A stretch of 64,000 nt of DNA from Candidatus Omnitrophota bacterium (GCA_903884815.1 CAISGE010000062.1:17-64016), one strand, 5' to 3'; positions 9,804-19,662 are shown, counted from the first letter of the stretch. The notes: generated by a model not told the origin, from the sequence alone. Numbers and translations are program-made.

Positions 9804-10186
9804 GTGCGTCGTCGGAAGTCCTTTCTCCGTTCCGTAAGGAGTTCCGCGGAATTCTGGGACAAGAGGGATGGGAGAAAAAGACGACCGAAGAGATCCTTCT
9901 GTGTGTTGATGAAGCCCTGACCAATATCATCCGGCACGCCTACCAGGGAAATCCCGGGAAGATGACGGTCTTGGTGCAGGTGAATCATGACAAGGTTGAG
10001 ATCGTGATGGAGGATCAGGGGAAGAAGTTCGATCCGACGCAAGTGCCTTCGCCGGAACTTCCGCGTGAAAAGCCGGGCGGTCTCGGAGTTCATTTTATCA
10101 GGACAATCATGGATCAGATGATCTATGATGCTCATTACCTTCAGGGAAACCGGCTTCGTTTGATCAAACATAGGCGTAAAATTTGA
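9782..10186 (+). CDS. RsbW/SpoIIAB-like anti-sigma factor Ser kinase
   Basis: DEALTNIIRHAY, EDQGKKFDP, GGLGVHFIR. Confidence 0.9.
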   Translation: MEKRFELSASSEVLSPFRKEFRGILGQEGWEKKTTEEILLCVDEALTNIIRHAYQGNPGKMTVLVQVNHDKVEIVMEDQGKKFDPTQVPSPELPREKPGGLGVHFIRTIMDQMIYDAHYLQGNRLRLIKHRRKI

Positions 10187-10202
10187 AAAGGAAGGTGGCG
10201 GC

Positions 10203-10547
10203 ATGAATATCCAGTCGAAGAATCAGGGGGATATACAAATGTTGGAACTTTCCGGCGAACTCGATTATCATTCTTCGCCGGAGCTTCGCGAAAAGTTGAC
10301 CGAGTTGACCGGGAAACAGACGGCAAAGATCCTCGTGGATCTTTCCGGCGTGGATTATATGGACAGCTCCGGCATTGCCACCTTTGTGGAAGCTTTCCAG
10401 AAGACCAAACGTTATCAGGGACGGCTCATTCTTGCGGCGCTTACGGATACGGTGCGGGGGGTTTTTGAGATTGCCAAGCTTGACAGTATTTTTGAGATAG
10501 CCCCTACCGTTGTCGAAGGGGTGGCGAGCTTGGGTTCCAAAGTTTAA
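10203..10547 (+). CDS. STAS anti-sigma factor antagonist (RsbV/SpoIIAA-like)
   Basis: GELD, VDLSGVDYMDSSG. Confidence 0.9.
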   Translation: MNIQSKNQGDIQMLELSGELDYHSSPELREKLTELTGKQTAKILVDLSGVDYMDSSGIATFVEAFQKTKRYQGRLILAALTDTVRGVFEIAKLDSIFEIAPTVVEGVASLGSKV

Positions 10548-10572
10548 ACCGTTAGACGAGGATCCTTTTTCC

Positions 10573-11373
10573 ATGAACGAATTTTTAGGAAGTATCGGTC
10601 AGAGCGTGCTTTTTGTTTTAGCCGGAGTCGCGCGCTTGTGGGCACTGGGAGCCGCGGTCGTCGGCTTCACCCTCCAGTCCTTTTTAAATAAGAAGATTAT
10701 TCCGCGCGAAGTCTTTTTCCGTCAGCTGGTCCTGATTGGCATCGATTCTACGGCGATAGTCTCCCTCGTGGGCGCTTCGGTTGGGACGGTTCTGGCGTTG
10801 CAAGCGGCCTATTCTCTGAAGACCTTTGGGGCGCTCATGTACACAGGAAGCCTTGTGTGCGTGGCCATGGCCCGCGAACTGGGTCCCTTGATCGCCGCGA
10901 TCGTGATCTCTGGCCGCATCGGCGCGCGCATGGCGGCCGAGATCGGTACCATGATGGTCCAGGAAGAAGTGGATGCTCTTACCACCATGGGGATTAATCC
11001 CATCCGGTTTCTCGTCGCGCCGCGTGTTCTCGCGCTGGCCTGCATGCTCCCGTGTCTGACGGTCATCGTGGATATTGTGGGGATGATCGGGGGTTGGGCG
11101 ATCGGCGTGACAGGTCTCGGCATCAATTCTACTCTTTATATCGCGAAGAGTATCGAGGCGCTTTGTCTCAAAGATATCTATACCGGTCTTCTGAAGAGTA
11201 TTATTTTCAGCATTCTTATCGCGCTGGTGAGTTGCCATCAGGGGCTTTCGGTTTCGGGTGGCGCGGACGCGGTGGGGAAAGCCACCACGCAGGCGGTCGT
11301 GATCTCGATCGTGTTGATCATTGTGGTGGACTGTTTGGCGACGGCGGTTATTTATTACGCCTTGCCCACGTAA
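10573..11373 (+). CDS. mlaE: MlaE-family ABC permease
   Basis: RELGPLIAA, AEIGTM, EEVDAL, GGADAVGKATT. Confidence 0.92.
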   Translation: MNEFLGSIGQSVLFVLAGVARLWALGAAVVGFTLQSFLNKKIIPREVFFRQLVLIGIDSTAIVSLVGASVGTVLALQAAYSLKTFGALMYTGSLVCVAMARELGPLIAAIVISGRIGARMAAEIGTMMVQEEVDALTTMGINPIRFLVAPRVLALACMLPCLTVIVDIVGMIGGWAIGVTGLGINSTLYIAKSIEALCLKDIYTGLLKSIIFSILIALVSCHQGLSVSGGADAVGKATTQAVVISIVLIIVVDCLATAVIYYALPT

Positions 11374-11380
11374 GGAATTT

Positions 11381-12187
11381 ATGAGCGAATCAGAACCGCA
11401 CGTTATTGAAATCAGGGATCTCGTTAAACGTTTCGGGGATTTGACCGTTCTGAACGGTATCAATGTCAAGATCCCGCGCGGCAAGATCACGGTCATTATG
11501 GGCGGTTCGGGGTGCGGCAAGACGACTTTTTTAAGGCATCTGATCGCTTTGCACCAGCCCACTTCCGGGGAGATCCTGGTGGATGGCAAGAACACCGTCG
11601 GACTCAATGAAAAGGATATGAACGAAGTGCGGCGCAAGTTTGGCATGCTCTTCCAGGGGTCGGCACTTTTTAATTCTATGACTGTCGGGGAAAATGTCGC
11701 GGTGCCCCTTAAGGAACACACTGATCTTTCCCGGGAGATCATTCGCATAATCGTTCGCGTAAAACTTGAGCTCGTGGGGCTTACGGGATTTGAGGATTTT
11801 ATGCCCCACCAGATCTCGGGCGGTATGAAAAAACGCGTGGCACTTGCCCGGGCGATCGCGCTCGACCCGAAGATCGTTTTCTATGATGAGCCGGGCGCGG
11901 GTTTGGACCCGATCACCGCGAGCATGATCGACCGGTTGATTCTGGACCTTAGCAAAAAACTTAATATCACTTCGGTTGTCGTTTCCCATGAAATGAAAAG
12001 CGCGTTTAGGATCGCGGACCAGATCATTGTTCTTCATAAAGGGAAAGTGCTGCAGGTCGGCTCGGCTGATGAGATCAAGAATTCAAAAGATTCGTATGTG
12101 CAGCAGTTTATTCAGGGAGAATCTGAAGGCGTTATTCCGTTCAAGCAAACCAGCGAAGCCTATTTGAAAGGGCTTCTCTCTACTTAA
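11381..12187 (+). CDS. mlaF: MlaF-family ABC ATPase
   Basis: GGSGCGKT, ISGGMKKRVALARA, YDEPGAGLDP. Confidence 0.92.
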   Translation: MSESEPHVIEIRDLVKRFGDLTVLNGINVKIPRGKITVIMGGSGCGKTTFLRHLIALHQPTSGEILVDGKNTVGLNEKDMNEVRRKFGMLFQGSALFNSMTVGENVAVPLKEHTDLSREIIRIIVRVKLELVGLTGFEDFMPHQISGGMKKRVALARAIALDPKIVFYDEPGAGLDPITASMIDRLILDLSKKLNITSVVVSHEMKSAFRIADQIIVLHKGKVLQVGSADEIKNSKDSYVQQFIQGESEGVIPFKQTSEAYLKGLLST

Positions 12188-12208
12188 GCGTTTTCCGAGG
12201 AGGAAAAG

Positions 12209-12844
12209 ATGGATTCATCAAAGTCTTATTCGTCATCCGAGATCAAATCCGGATTTTTTGTGTTGGTCGCGCTTGTGATGCTTTTGGTGCTCACCTTCGT
12301 GGTCGGAGGCTATTTTAAGAAAGGGGCCAACGAATGGAAGGTCCAGTTCGGCTACCTGAGCGGTTTGAGCGACAGTGCTCCCGTTTATTATGCGGGGCGT
12401 GAAGTGGGCAAGGTGGACAGTATTCAGATCCTTCGTGGAAGTAATCGGCCTGTGCTCGTGACGATCAAGGTTTCCAACGATGCCTACGTCCGCCAGGACA
12501 GTGTGGCGTATATCGATACGCTCGGGATGATGGGGGAGAAGTTCATCGAGATCTCTGTCGGTTCAAAGGATGCGCCGCCCCTGGAAGCCGGTAAAGTGAT
12601 CGAGGGCGTGGACCCGATCCCGATGCATGTTCTGATCCGAAAAATGAACCTTTTGGCAGACGAAGTCGAAACGATGACAGTGAGCCTCAACCCGCTCTTG
12701 AAGAACGTCAATGACGTGGTAGCTGGGAATAAGGAAGAGATCTCCAAGAGTCTCACGAATCTTCATGAAGTTTCCGCGAACCTACGGGATATGACCGCCG
12801 ATCTCAAGCTCCATCCGTGGCGCCTGGTTCGCAAAGGTTCTTAA
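12209..12844 (+). CDS. mlaD: MlaD/MCE domain protein
   Basis: N-terminal TM, SGLSDSAPV..AGREVGKV, GMMGEKFIEI. Confidence 0.88.
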   Translation: MDSSKSYSSSEIKSGFFVLVALVMLLVLTFVVGGYFKKGANEWKVQFGYLSGLSDSAPVYYAGREVGKVDSIQILRGSNRPVLVTIKVSNDAYVRQDSVAYIDTLGMMGEKFIEISVGSKDAPPLEAGKVIEGVDPIPMHVLIRKMNLLADEVETMTVSLNPLLKNVNDVVAGNKEEISKSLTNLHEVSANLRDMTADLKLHPWRLVRKGS

Positions 12845-12853
12845 GGGAGTTCT

Positions 12854-13192
12854 ATGCGCTTAAAGACGGCGATTTTGCTCATTCTTTGTTCTCTTGTCGG
12901 GGCTCCTTTCGTTGTTGCGGAAGGAACGGTCGGGGATTATATGTATGGGATCGGGACAAAATTCGGGCGCGGCCTTGAAAATGTGGTGACCAGCCTCGCG
13001 GAAGTCCCTTGTACGGTTCACACCGAGATGAAAGATCAAGGGGGCTCCGGATTTTTTCCGGGACTCGGCAAAGGAACTCTTTTTATGTTGCGTCGGATGC
13101 TCGTCGGCGTGACCGAAGTCGGTACTTTTTTCATCCCCATGGAGCGGACGATTCCCCGAGTCTGCCAGGAAACCAAGCCTTCGGTGGTCTGA
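12854..13192 (+). CDS. Secreted protein, TIGR04073 (exosortase-associated)-like
   Basis: Signal peptide; KFGRGLENV...EVP; GVTEVGTFFIP. Confidence 0.6.
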   Translation: MRLKTAILLILCSLVGAPFVVAEGTVGDYMYGIGTKFGRGLENVVTSLAEVPCTVHTEMKDQGGSGFFPGLGKGTLFMLRRMLVGVTEVGTFFIPMERTIPRVCQETKPSVV

Positions 13193-13246
13193 CGCGATCG
13201 GTCGCGTGCCTCAGGAAATTTTTGCGGGAATTTTATGGATTGCCGC

Positions 13247-13276
13247 TTGACGCTGGCGCGCAGGTCTTCCTATAAT
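13247..13276 (+). promoter_or_regulatory. sigma70 promoter
   Basis: TTGACG-18nt-TATAAT. Confidence 0.6.
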
Positions 13277-13304
13277 AGCCCGTCACTTAACTGAAGGAGA
13301 AATA

Positions 13305-13646
13305 ATGACTCTAAATGAGAAAGCTGTCGCACCCAAGGACCCCGAGGTCCAGGACGCGCAGTTCTTTGCGGCGATCGGCTATTTGAGTTTTCTTTGTTTT
13401 GTACCGCTTGCGCTCAAGCGTGAGAACAAGTTTGCACTTTTTCACGGGAAACAGGCCTTGGTTCTTTTTATTATGGAACTGGCCGCGGCGATCCTGAAGG
13501 TGGTGCCGGCCTTAGGGGATCTCGTGTTCACTTTGGCGTTCGTGGTGTTTGGGATCCTTTCTCTTATCGGGATCGTGAAGGTGCTGATGGGAGAACGCTG
13601 GGAGATCCCGGTGGTGAGTGAGATCGCCGAGAGGATCACCTTCTAA
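13305..13646 (+). CDS. DUF4870/Tic20-like membrane protein
   Basis: AAIGYL, FALFHGKQAL, GERWEIPVV; SD AAGGAG. Confidence 0.75.
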   Translation: MTLNEKAVAPKDPEVQDAQFFAAIGYLSFLCFVPLALKRENKFALFHGKQALVLFIMELAAAILKVVPALGDLVFTLAFVVFGILSLIGIVKVLMGERWEIPVVSEIAERITF

Positions 13647-13791
13647 TACTGTTCTCAATTTGATTTTATGGATTAATTGTGCTGTGCCGCATACCCGTAA
13701 TATCAATTGTCATGTGGTTCTAGAAGTGGTGCTATTTATACCGCAGTACGCCGTGTCCTTTTCTTTCAATCAGAGACCCTGAGGGGTTGGC

Positions 13792-15363
13792 ATGCTTACT
13801 GGTACTAAAAAAGTTCAGCCGGGTGGGCAAGACTGGTTTGTGGTCCTGAACCCCCTCAAGAGCGAATTGGAACGCAATAAGATCGCCCGCGAGATCGCCA
13901 AGGCTTTTGGTCTTCCCGTGGATGAAGCGTTCGATCTTGTAGCCAATACCCCCATTATCCTGATCGACAATCTTCTTTACGCGACAGCGCTTCAGATAAA
14001 ACAGTATTTCCGCAACTCTCAGACGGATATCGCGGTCAGTAACGATAGCCTCCTGAAGAGGCGCTGCTACCGGACCGTGTGGCCCACATCCCCGAGCCTT
14101 GCTTTTCTCCATCATATGGAAGCCTCGACTCCTTCGGCAAAAGCAAATGAGTCGGAAAAGCTCGATCACGCCGAGGCAATTCAAGAGATACGTTCCTGGG
14201 TGCAGACCGAGGGCGTTTCTCCAGAGGGTGCCGAGAGGCATTCTTCCCAGAACGGCAGGAGTCATCACGCTCCGCGTCATTTCCGGAGTATCCTCGAAGA
14301 TGATCAGGAAAGACTGCTCAAGGAGAGCGTGGGAATGAAGGAAAGTATGGGGCAACTCCGCAAGGCTCTGGAGAAAGCCCAGGAGGAAGTTGCGGAAAAG
14401 GAGAAGGCCGTGCGGGCCAGTGAGATCGCGAAAACGCAGAAAGAAAAGGAAGTTCAGGAGCTTCACAATCTGGTGGCTCATGCGGAAGAAAAATACGAAC
14501 TTCTTCGGGAAGAATTCCGGGAGACCCGCCAGTACTTCGAGGAGAAGCTTGGTTCCCAGGATCAGAAATCGGAGGAGTTCCTGAAGCAGATCGAAGAACG
14601 TGATCTCGCCCAAAAGGAGATCTTGCAGGAGAAGCAGGCCCTTCTGAAAAGTTTTCACGCTGTGAAAAGCGATCTTCAACGTGCGAAGGATGAGCAAGAG
14701 CAGTCGCGTCGCGAATGGGAGAGCCAGGCGTCCCAGTTTCGAAGAGAACTTGAAAATCATAAGACCGTTGTGGAGAGCCTTCACGCCAAGATCCAGAATC
14801 TGGAGGAAGGCAAGAAGATCGTGCAATCGAGTGAAACTCGTTTGCTCCAGGAATTAGAGCTTCAGACCCAGCAGGCCAAGCAGTGGGAGCAGAAATCCTC
14901 CGAGTTTGAAAAGGAGATCCGGCGGCTCCGCGGCTCATTTGAGGATCAGCAGAAGACCTGGCAAGTGCGTCTCGCGCAGCTTGAGGCCCGGGAGATGGAT
15001 CTTGAGAATGCGCGAAAGCAGATCCGTGAGCTTTATACAGAATTGGACCAGCGTGAGGCTGTGCAGAAAAAGGCACAGCTGCAGGAGCAACTGGCTTCCT
15101 GGGAGTTGCGGCTCAAGCAGGTGGTGAAGCATCAGGAAAGGATCGAGTCCGAGATCCGTGAGCGCGAAGAGGAAATGCGCAAGCTTCTTGAGGAGCAGGA
15201 GAAGATCGAGAGGGAAGTGATCGAAGGCAAACAGGCCCAGCGACACCTTGCTGAAAAAATCAAACATGAAGGTCCTCACGGAGAGCCGCAAAAGCCCGAA
15301 AAAAACGCCGATTCTTCCGCCCTTCATCCTTCTCAGTCGCGGCCCGAGGTTGTGGATGATTGA
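13792..15363 (+). CDS. Long coiled-coil protein with N-terminal L7/L12-CTD-like domain
   Basis: E/Q/K-rich heptads over ~330 aa; N-terminus FGLPVDEAFDLVANTP. Confidence 0.7.
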   Translation: MLTGTKKVQPGGQDWFVVLNPLKSELERNKIAREIAKAFGLPVDEAFDLVANTPIILIDNLLYATALQIKQYFRNSQTDIAVSNDSLLKRRCYRTVWPTSPSLAFLHHMEASTPSAKANESEKLDHAEAIQEIRSWVQTEGVSPEGAERHSSQNGRSHHAPRHFRSILEDDQERLLKESVGMKESMGQLRKALEKAQEEVAEKEKAVRASEIAKTQKEKEVQELHNLVAHAEEKYELLREEFRETRQYFEEKLGSQDQKSEEFLKQIEERDLAQKEILQEKQALLKSFHAVKSDLQRAKDEQEQSRREWESQASQFRRELENHKTVVESLHAKIQNLEEGKKIVQSSETRLLQELELQTQQAKQWEQKSSEFEKEIRRLRGSFEDQQKTWQVRLAQLEAREMDLENARKQIRELYTELDQREAVQKKAQLQEQLASWELRLKQVVKHQERIESEIREREEEMRKLLEEQEKIEREVIEGKQAQRHLAEKIKHEGPHGEPQKPEKNADSSALHPSQSRPEVVDD

Positions 15364-15760
15364 ATTGGTTTTAAGTAAGATCAAGGTGGATGAAAATCGC
15401 CACGAGCAGCTGGTCGTCTTTCGGGAAAAGGAAGGCAACCGGTTTCTCCCCGTGGTGATAGGCCTCCCTGAGATCCATGCCATCAAATTGAAGCTGGGCA
15501 ATGTCAAGCCCCCTCGGCCGATGACCCATGACCTCATGCTGAAGATCGTCCAGGAACTGGGGGGGAAGCTCCAGCGGGTGGTGATCGACAAGCTTGAGAA
15601 TAATACCTTCCATGCCAAGATCCATATCCAGAAAGAGGACGGCCAAGAGGTGATTGTGGATTCTCGTCCTTCGGACAGCGTGGCGATCGCTTTGCGCGCG
15701 CAAGTGCCGGTTTTTGCCGAAGAATCGATCCTAAATGCGGCGAGCGTTTACGAGGTCTAG
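15356..15760 (+). CDS. Bifunctional nuclease family (DUF151)
   Basis: RPMTHDL, DSRPSDSVAIALR. Confidence 0.9.
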   Translation: MIELVLSKIKVDENRHEQLVVFREKEGNRFLPVVIGLPEIHAIKLKLGNVKPPRPMTHDLMLKIVQELGGKLQRVVIDKLENNTFHAKIHIQKEDGQEVIVDSRPSDSVAIALRAQVPVFAEESILNAASVYEV

Positions 15761-15764
15761 GCGC

Positions 15765-16691
15765 ATGGAAAAAAAGATCCATGACATTATGATTATCGGC
15801 GGGGGCGGGGCAGGCCTCACCGCGGCCTTGTACAGTTCGAGAGCCAATCTTTCCACGATCCTTTTCGAAAAACTTGTGCCTGGTGGGCAGATCGCGTCGA
15901 CGGATCTTGTGGAGAATTATCCCGGTTTTGTCGAGGGGGTTCTGGGGCCTGAGATTGCGCAGAAAATGGAAGATCAGGCGGTTCGCTACGGAACGCAGGT
16001 GATATGCGAGGAAGTCAAAAAATTGCGGCTCAAAGGCGATAACTTTGAGGCGGTGACGGATGCTTCGGTCTACGCGGCGCGAGCCGTTATTCTCGCCATG
16101 GGAGCCTCCTACAGGACGCTCGGCGTTGCGAATGAAAAAGAATTTACCGGAAAAGGCGTCTCTTACTGCGCAACCTGTGACGGGGCTTTTTTTAAAGGTA
16201 AGAAAGTCATCGTCGTCGGTGGTGGGGATTCCGCCTTGCAGGAAGGTCTTTTTTTGACCCGGTTTGCGGAGACAGTGACCGTCGTTCACCGGCGTGATGC
16301 ATTGCGGGCCAGCCCGATCTTGCAAGAGAGAGCGCGGAATAATCCAAAGATGAGCTTTATTTGGGACACGGTTGTTGATAAAATTGAGGGTAACGGGAAG
16401 GTCGAAGCTGTTCTTCTGAAAAATGTGAAGACCAAAGAGGTGAGGCTTGAGGACACCGAAGGTGTTTTTATCTTTGTTGGACATGACCCCAATAGCCAGT
16501 TGGCCAAAGATTTTGTCACGCTTGATGAAAAGGGGTATGTGGTAACCAACGCGGCTTTTGCGGCTTCTTTGCGCGGTGTTTTTGTGGCCGGCGAAGTGCG
16601 GCAAGGGGCGGTGCGGCAGTTGGTGGCGGCCTGCGGGGAAGGCTGCGGGGCGGCTTTGGCGGCTCAGGCTTATTTAGATGATCATCGATAA
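15765..16691 (+). CDS. trxB: Thioredoxin reductase
   Basis: GGGGAG, VENYPG, GVSYCATCDG, VVGGGDSA. Confidence 0.95.
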   Translation: MEKKIHDIMIIGGGGAGLTAALYSSRANLSTILFEKLVPGGQIASTDLVENYPGFVEGVLGPEIAQKMEDQAVRYGTQVICEEVKKLRLKGDNFEAVTDASVYAARAVILAMGASYRTLGVANEKEFTGKGVSYCATCDGAFFKGKKVIVVGGGDSALQEGLFLTRFAETVTVVHRRDALRASPILQERARNNPKMSFIWDTVVDKIEGNGKVEAVLLKNVKTKEVRLEDTEGVFIFVGHDPNSQLAKDFVTLDEKGYVVTNAAFAASLRGVFVAGEVRQGAVRQLVAACGEGCGAALAAQAYLDDHR

Positions 16692-16729
16692 CTGAAATTT
16701 TTCATAGAACTTATTTCGGGAGGACCATC

Positions 16730-17047
16730 ATGAGTTTTGAGGGCGAATTTGAGCAGAACATGAAGCAATTGATGAAATTGCTCAAGAAGATCATGACCCA
16801 GTATCCTGCCGAGGGGGGGAAGAGCCCTTCCGAGGCGATGAAGTTCCTTAAGGATATGAAGGATAAGAGCCCGGATGTTAATATTTTCTTTTTGAATATG
16901 TCCCCGCTCTCCCCGGAAGAGTTCTGTGAGATGGAGGAAATGTTCGAGTCCGGGGCGATGAGCGAACATTTTCGGATGGGCGAGTTGAAATGCGAGTTGA
17001 ATGACGAAGACCAGGATTTTTTAAAGCAGCACGGTATCCGCTTCTAA
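16730..17047 (+). CDS. Hypothetical Met-rich acidic protein
   Basis: GGGAGG SD; 105 aa; in operon context. Confidence 0.7.
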   Translation: MSFEGEFEQNMKQLMKLLKKIMTQYPAEGGKSPSEAMKFLKDMKDKSPDVNIFFLNMSPLSPEEFCEMEEMFESGAMSEHFRMGELKCELNDEDQDFLKQHGIRF

Positions 17048-17057
17048 GGATCTCCCT

Positions 17058-17885
17058 ATGAATTTCAGAAAGACATTCTCCGGGTTTCTTTTTTTTACGG
17101 TATTTTCCTTTTTCGCAAGCCTTCCAGCCGCCATGGCCTTTGACCATTCGCCGTGGGATGCTTTTTTGAAAAAGCAAGTGGATGAAAAAGGGAATGTGAA
17201 TTATAAGGAGGTGGCGCGCGATCCGAAGGCTCTTCAGGATTATCTGGCGAGCTTGATGGCGGTGAACGAAGTGGAAATGCGGTCATGGCCCCGGGAGGAA
17301 ACACTGGCTTTCTGGCTCAATGCCTATCACGCGACGTTGATCAAATTGGTGGTCGAGAACTATCCTGTGAACTCGGTCCAGCGGATCCCGAGTTTTTGGG
17401 ATATCTCTCTTATACGGTTTGGTAAAGCTTCGAAGGAACAGAAGCAATACAGCCTGAACGATATCCGGACGAAAAATCTGATGGGCGTTTTTCGTGATGA
17501 AAAGATCCAGTTGGCGCTTTCCCTGGGTGCCCGGGGCGGTCCCAGGCTGATGCCGGAGGCTTTCACCGGTCCCAAGGTGGAGGGCCAGCTCTTTCTTCTT
17601 ACCCGAAAGTTTGTGAATGATCCTTATTTTGTGGATGTGACACCGGGCCGGAAGAAGATCATGATCTCGAAGCTTTTCAAGTGGTACGCAAAGGATTTCA
17701 AGCTGGATTTTGGAACTCCGGAAACTTTCGGAAAATTTTCCGCGGGGGACACTGCCGTTCTTTCCTTTCTGTCCTATTATCTCGAAGATGAAGCGAAGGG
17801 GGAATTTCTCCAGCAAGCGGGTTACAAGATAGAATATCCAGCATTTGATTGGGCTCTTAATGATCAAAAGGGGAGCAACGCCTGA
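17058..17885 (+). CDS. DUF547 domain secreted protein
   Basis: Signal peptide; LAFWLNAYH, ISKLFKWYAKDF, FDWALND. Confidence 0.85.
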   Translation: MNFRKTFSGFLFFTVFSFFASLPAAMAFDHSPWDAFLKKQVDEKGNVNYKEVARDPKALQDYLASLMAVNEVEMRSWPREETLAFWLNAYHATLIKLVVENYPVNSVQRIPSFWDISLIRFGKASKEQKQYSLNDIRTKNLMGVFRDEKIQLALSLGARGGPRLMPEAFTGPKVEGQLFLLTRKFVNDPYFVDVTPGRKKIMISKLFKWYAKDFKLDFGTPETFGKFSAGDTAVLSFLSYYLEDEAKGEFLQQAGYKIEYPAFDWALNDQKGSNA

Positions 17886-17966
17886 CGTCGCTTTTTAAAG
17901 GAGCCGGCCTGGTCGGAAGGGTTATAACTCTTTCTTTTTAAAAGACTTGCGGCCCTTTAAAAAGCA

Positions 17967-17995
17967 TTGACAGCCTGGTCGAATTTCCATATCAT
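17967..17995 (+). promoter_or_regulatory. sigma70 promoter of rplU-rpmA
   Basis: TTGACA-17nt-TATCAT. Confidence 0.7.
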
Positions 17996-18027
17996 ACGCA
18001 CTCTCTTAAAGTCAAAGGAGTCATTTC

Positions 18028-18351
18028 ATGGCAAATTATGCAATCGTTGAGACGGGGTCCAAGCAATATTGGGTGGAGCCCAAGCAAGTGATCGAAGTCG
18101 AACTTTTGGATATTCCGGAAGGCCAAAAAGAGGTCGTTCTGGATCAAGTGATGCTCGTTCAAGCCGGCGGACATTTGACGGTCGGCACGCCGGTCATCGC
18201 TGGTGCCAAGATCATCTGTGAAAATCTCGGGGAGTTCCGCGGTCCCAAGCTGATTCATTACCGGTACCGTCGCCGTAAGTCCTCACGGAAAAAACAGGGG
18301 CATCGGCAGGACATGCTTCGCTTACAAGTCAAAGAGATCAAAGTCGGTTAA
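18028..18351 (+). CDS. rplU: 50S ribosomal protein L21
   Basis: [15 protein letters not shown]. Confidence 0.97.
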   Translation: MANYAIVETGSKQYWVEPKQVIEVELLDIPEGQKEVVLDQVMLVQAGGHLTVGTPVIAGAKIICENLGEFRGPKLIHYRYRRRKSSRKKQGHRQDMLRLQVKEIKVG

Positions 18352-18371
18352 TCTCACTTTTAGAGGAAAAC

Positions 18372-18614
18372 ATGGCACATACAAAAAGTCAGGGTAGTAC
18401 AACAAACGGAAGAGACTCTAATTCAAAACGCCTGGGTGTGAAGATCTATGGCGGGCAGAAGATCACGCCGGGATGCATTATTGTCCGGCAGCGCGGGACG
18501 CGTTATCACCCCGGGAATTTTGTCGGGATCGGGAAAGATTACACTCTTTTCGCGAAACGCGCAGGGATCGTGGAATTCCGGGCTAACCGATCTGTTCATA
18601 TTATTCCGAGTTAA
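18372..18614 (+). CDS. rpmA: 50S ribosomal protein L27
   Basis: [21 protein letters not shown]. Confidence 0.97.
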   Translation: MAHTKSQGSTTNGRDSNSKRLGVKIYGGQKITPGCIIVRQRGTRYHPGNFVGIGKDYTLFAKRAGIVEFRANRSVHIIPS

Positions 18615-18633
18615 TTCAGTTTCAACCAAGTTC

Positions 18634-18679
18634 GAAAAGGCCAAAAAGCGATCCCAAGCTTTTTGGCCTTTTCTCTTTT
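18634..18679 (+). terminator. Intrinsic terminator/attenuator hairpin between rpmA and obg
   Basis: Perfect 16-bp stem gaaaaggccaaaaagc / gctttttggccttttc followed by T-rich sequence. Confidence 0.75.
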
Positions 18680-18690
18680 AAAGGAGCTCT

Positions 18691-19662
18691 ATGCTAGTCG
18701 ACAAAATACATCTGACCGTTCAGGGCGGACGCGGCGGCAAAGGGTGTGAAAGTTTTAACTTTCGCAGTGACCGCAAGAGAGTTCCGAATGGCGCCGACGG
18801 CGGTGACGGCGGGAATGTGATCTTTCGCGCCTCGCATAACGCGCCGGGGCTCGATCGTCTTCGCTTGAAGCAGCATTTGGAGGCGGAGAACGGCGAGCAA
18901 GGCAGCAGTGACAATAAACGTGGCGCCAAGGGCGACGATCTTCTCGTGTTGGTCCCGCTTGGGACGTCGATCTTTCGTCGGGAAAAACATCTCGCGATAC
19001 GCGACCTCTATCTTGAAGGAGAGGAAGTGATCGTCGCGCGCGGCGGCAGGGGAGGTTCCGGAAATATCGGGGACAAGACGGCAACTTCGGGTGAAGAGGG
19101 GGAATCGCTTGAGATCGATGTGGAGTTCCGCATCATGGCGGATGTTTTTCTCTTGGGTCTTCCGAGTGCCGGAAAATCTTCATTATTGCACCATCTGACA
19201 CGTGCGCCGATCGAAGGCAAGGATTATCCTTTTGCGACGCGCAGTCCTGTTCTTGGGATCCATCCCTATGATGACTATAAGCAAATCATTTTTTGCGAGC
19301 TTCCTTCAATTTTTGAAGGCTCCAAAGAAGGGCGCGGGTTGGGGACTGATTTCCTGCGGCATCTGGCACGCGCGAAGCTGATCGTATTCATGATCGATGC
19401 GACCCTTAAATTTTCAGAATCAGCGATCGCTGGATTGAACACGTTGCAAAAACTTGCCTATGAGCATGACGCGGCTTTTCGGCAGATCCCGAGCGTGGTG
19501 GTGGTCAATAAAATCGATCTCGGGCAGGACCTTGGCGTGATCGAGGCTGAAATGAAGAGCTCGGGCCAGATCTATTTTTTGATTTCGGTGAAAACCGGAG
19601 AAGGGGTAGAATCCCTCATGAAGTTCATCCACGAGAAAATTGAGCACGAAGGTCATGTCTGA
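18691..19662 (+). CDS. obgE: Obg-family GTPase, divergent (G3 DxxG replaced by ELPS)
   Basis: Gly-rich Obg fold, GLPSAGKS, YPFAT, NKID; canonical position after rpmA. Confidence 0.85.
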   Translation: MLVDKIHLTVQGGRGGKGCESFNFRSDRKRVPNGADGGDGGNVIFRASHNAPGLDRLRLKQHLEAENGEQGSSDNKRGAKGDDLLVLVPLGTSIFRREKHLAIRDLYLEGEEVIVARGGRGGSGNIGDKTATSGEEGESLEIDVEFRIMADVFLLGLPSAGKSSLLHHLTRAPIEGKDYPFATRSPVLGIHPYDDYKQIIFCELPSIFEGSKEGRGLGTDFLRHLARAKLIVFMIDATLKFSESAIAGLNTLQKLAYEHDAAFRQIPSVVVVNKIDLGQDLGVIEAEMKSSGQIYFLISVKTGEGVESLMKFIHEKIEHEGHV

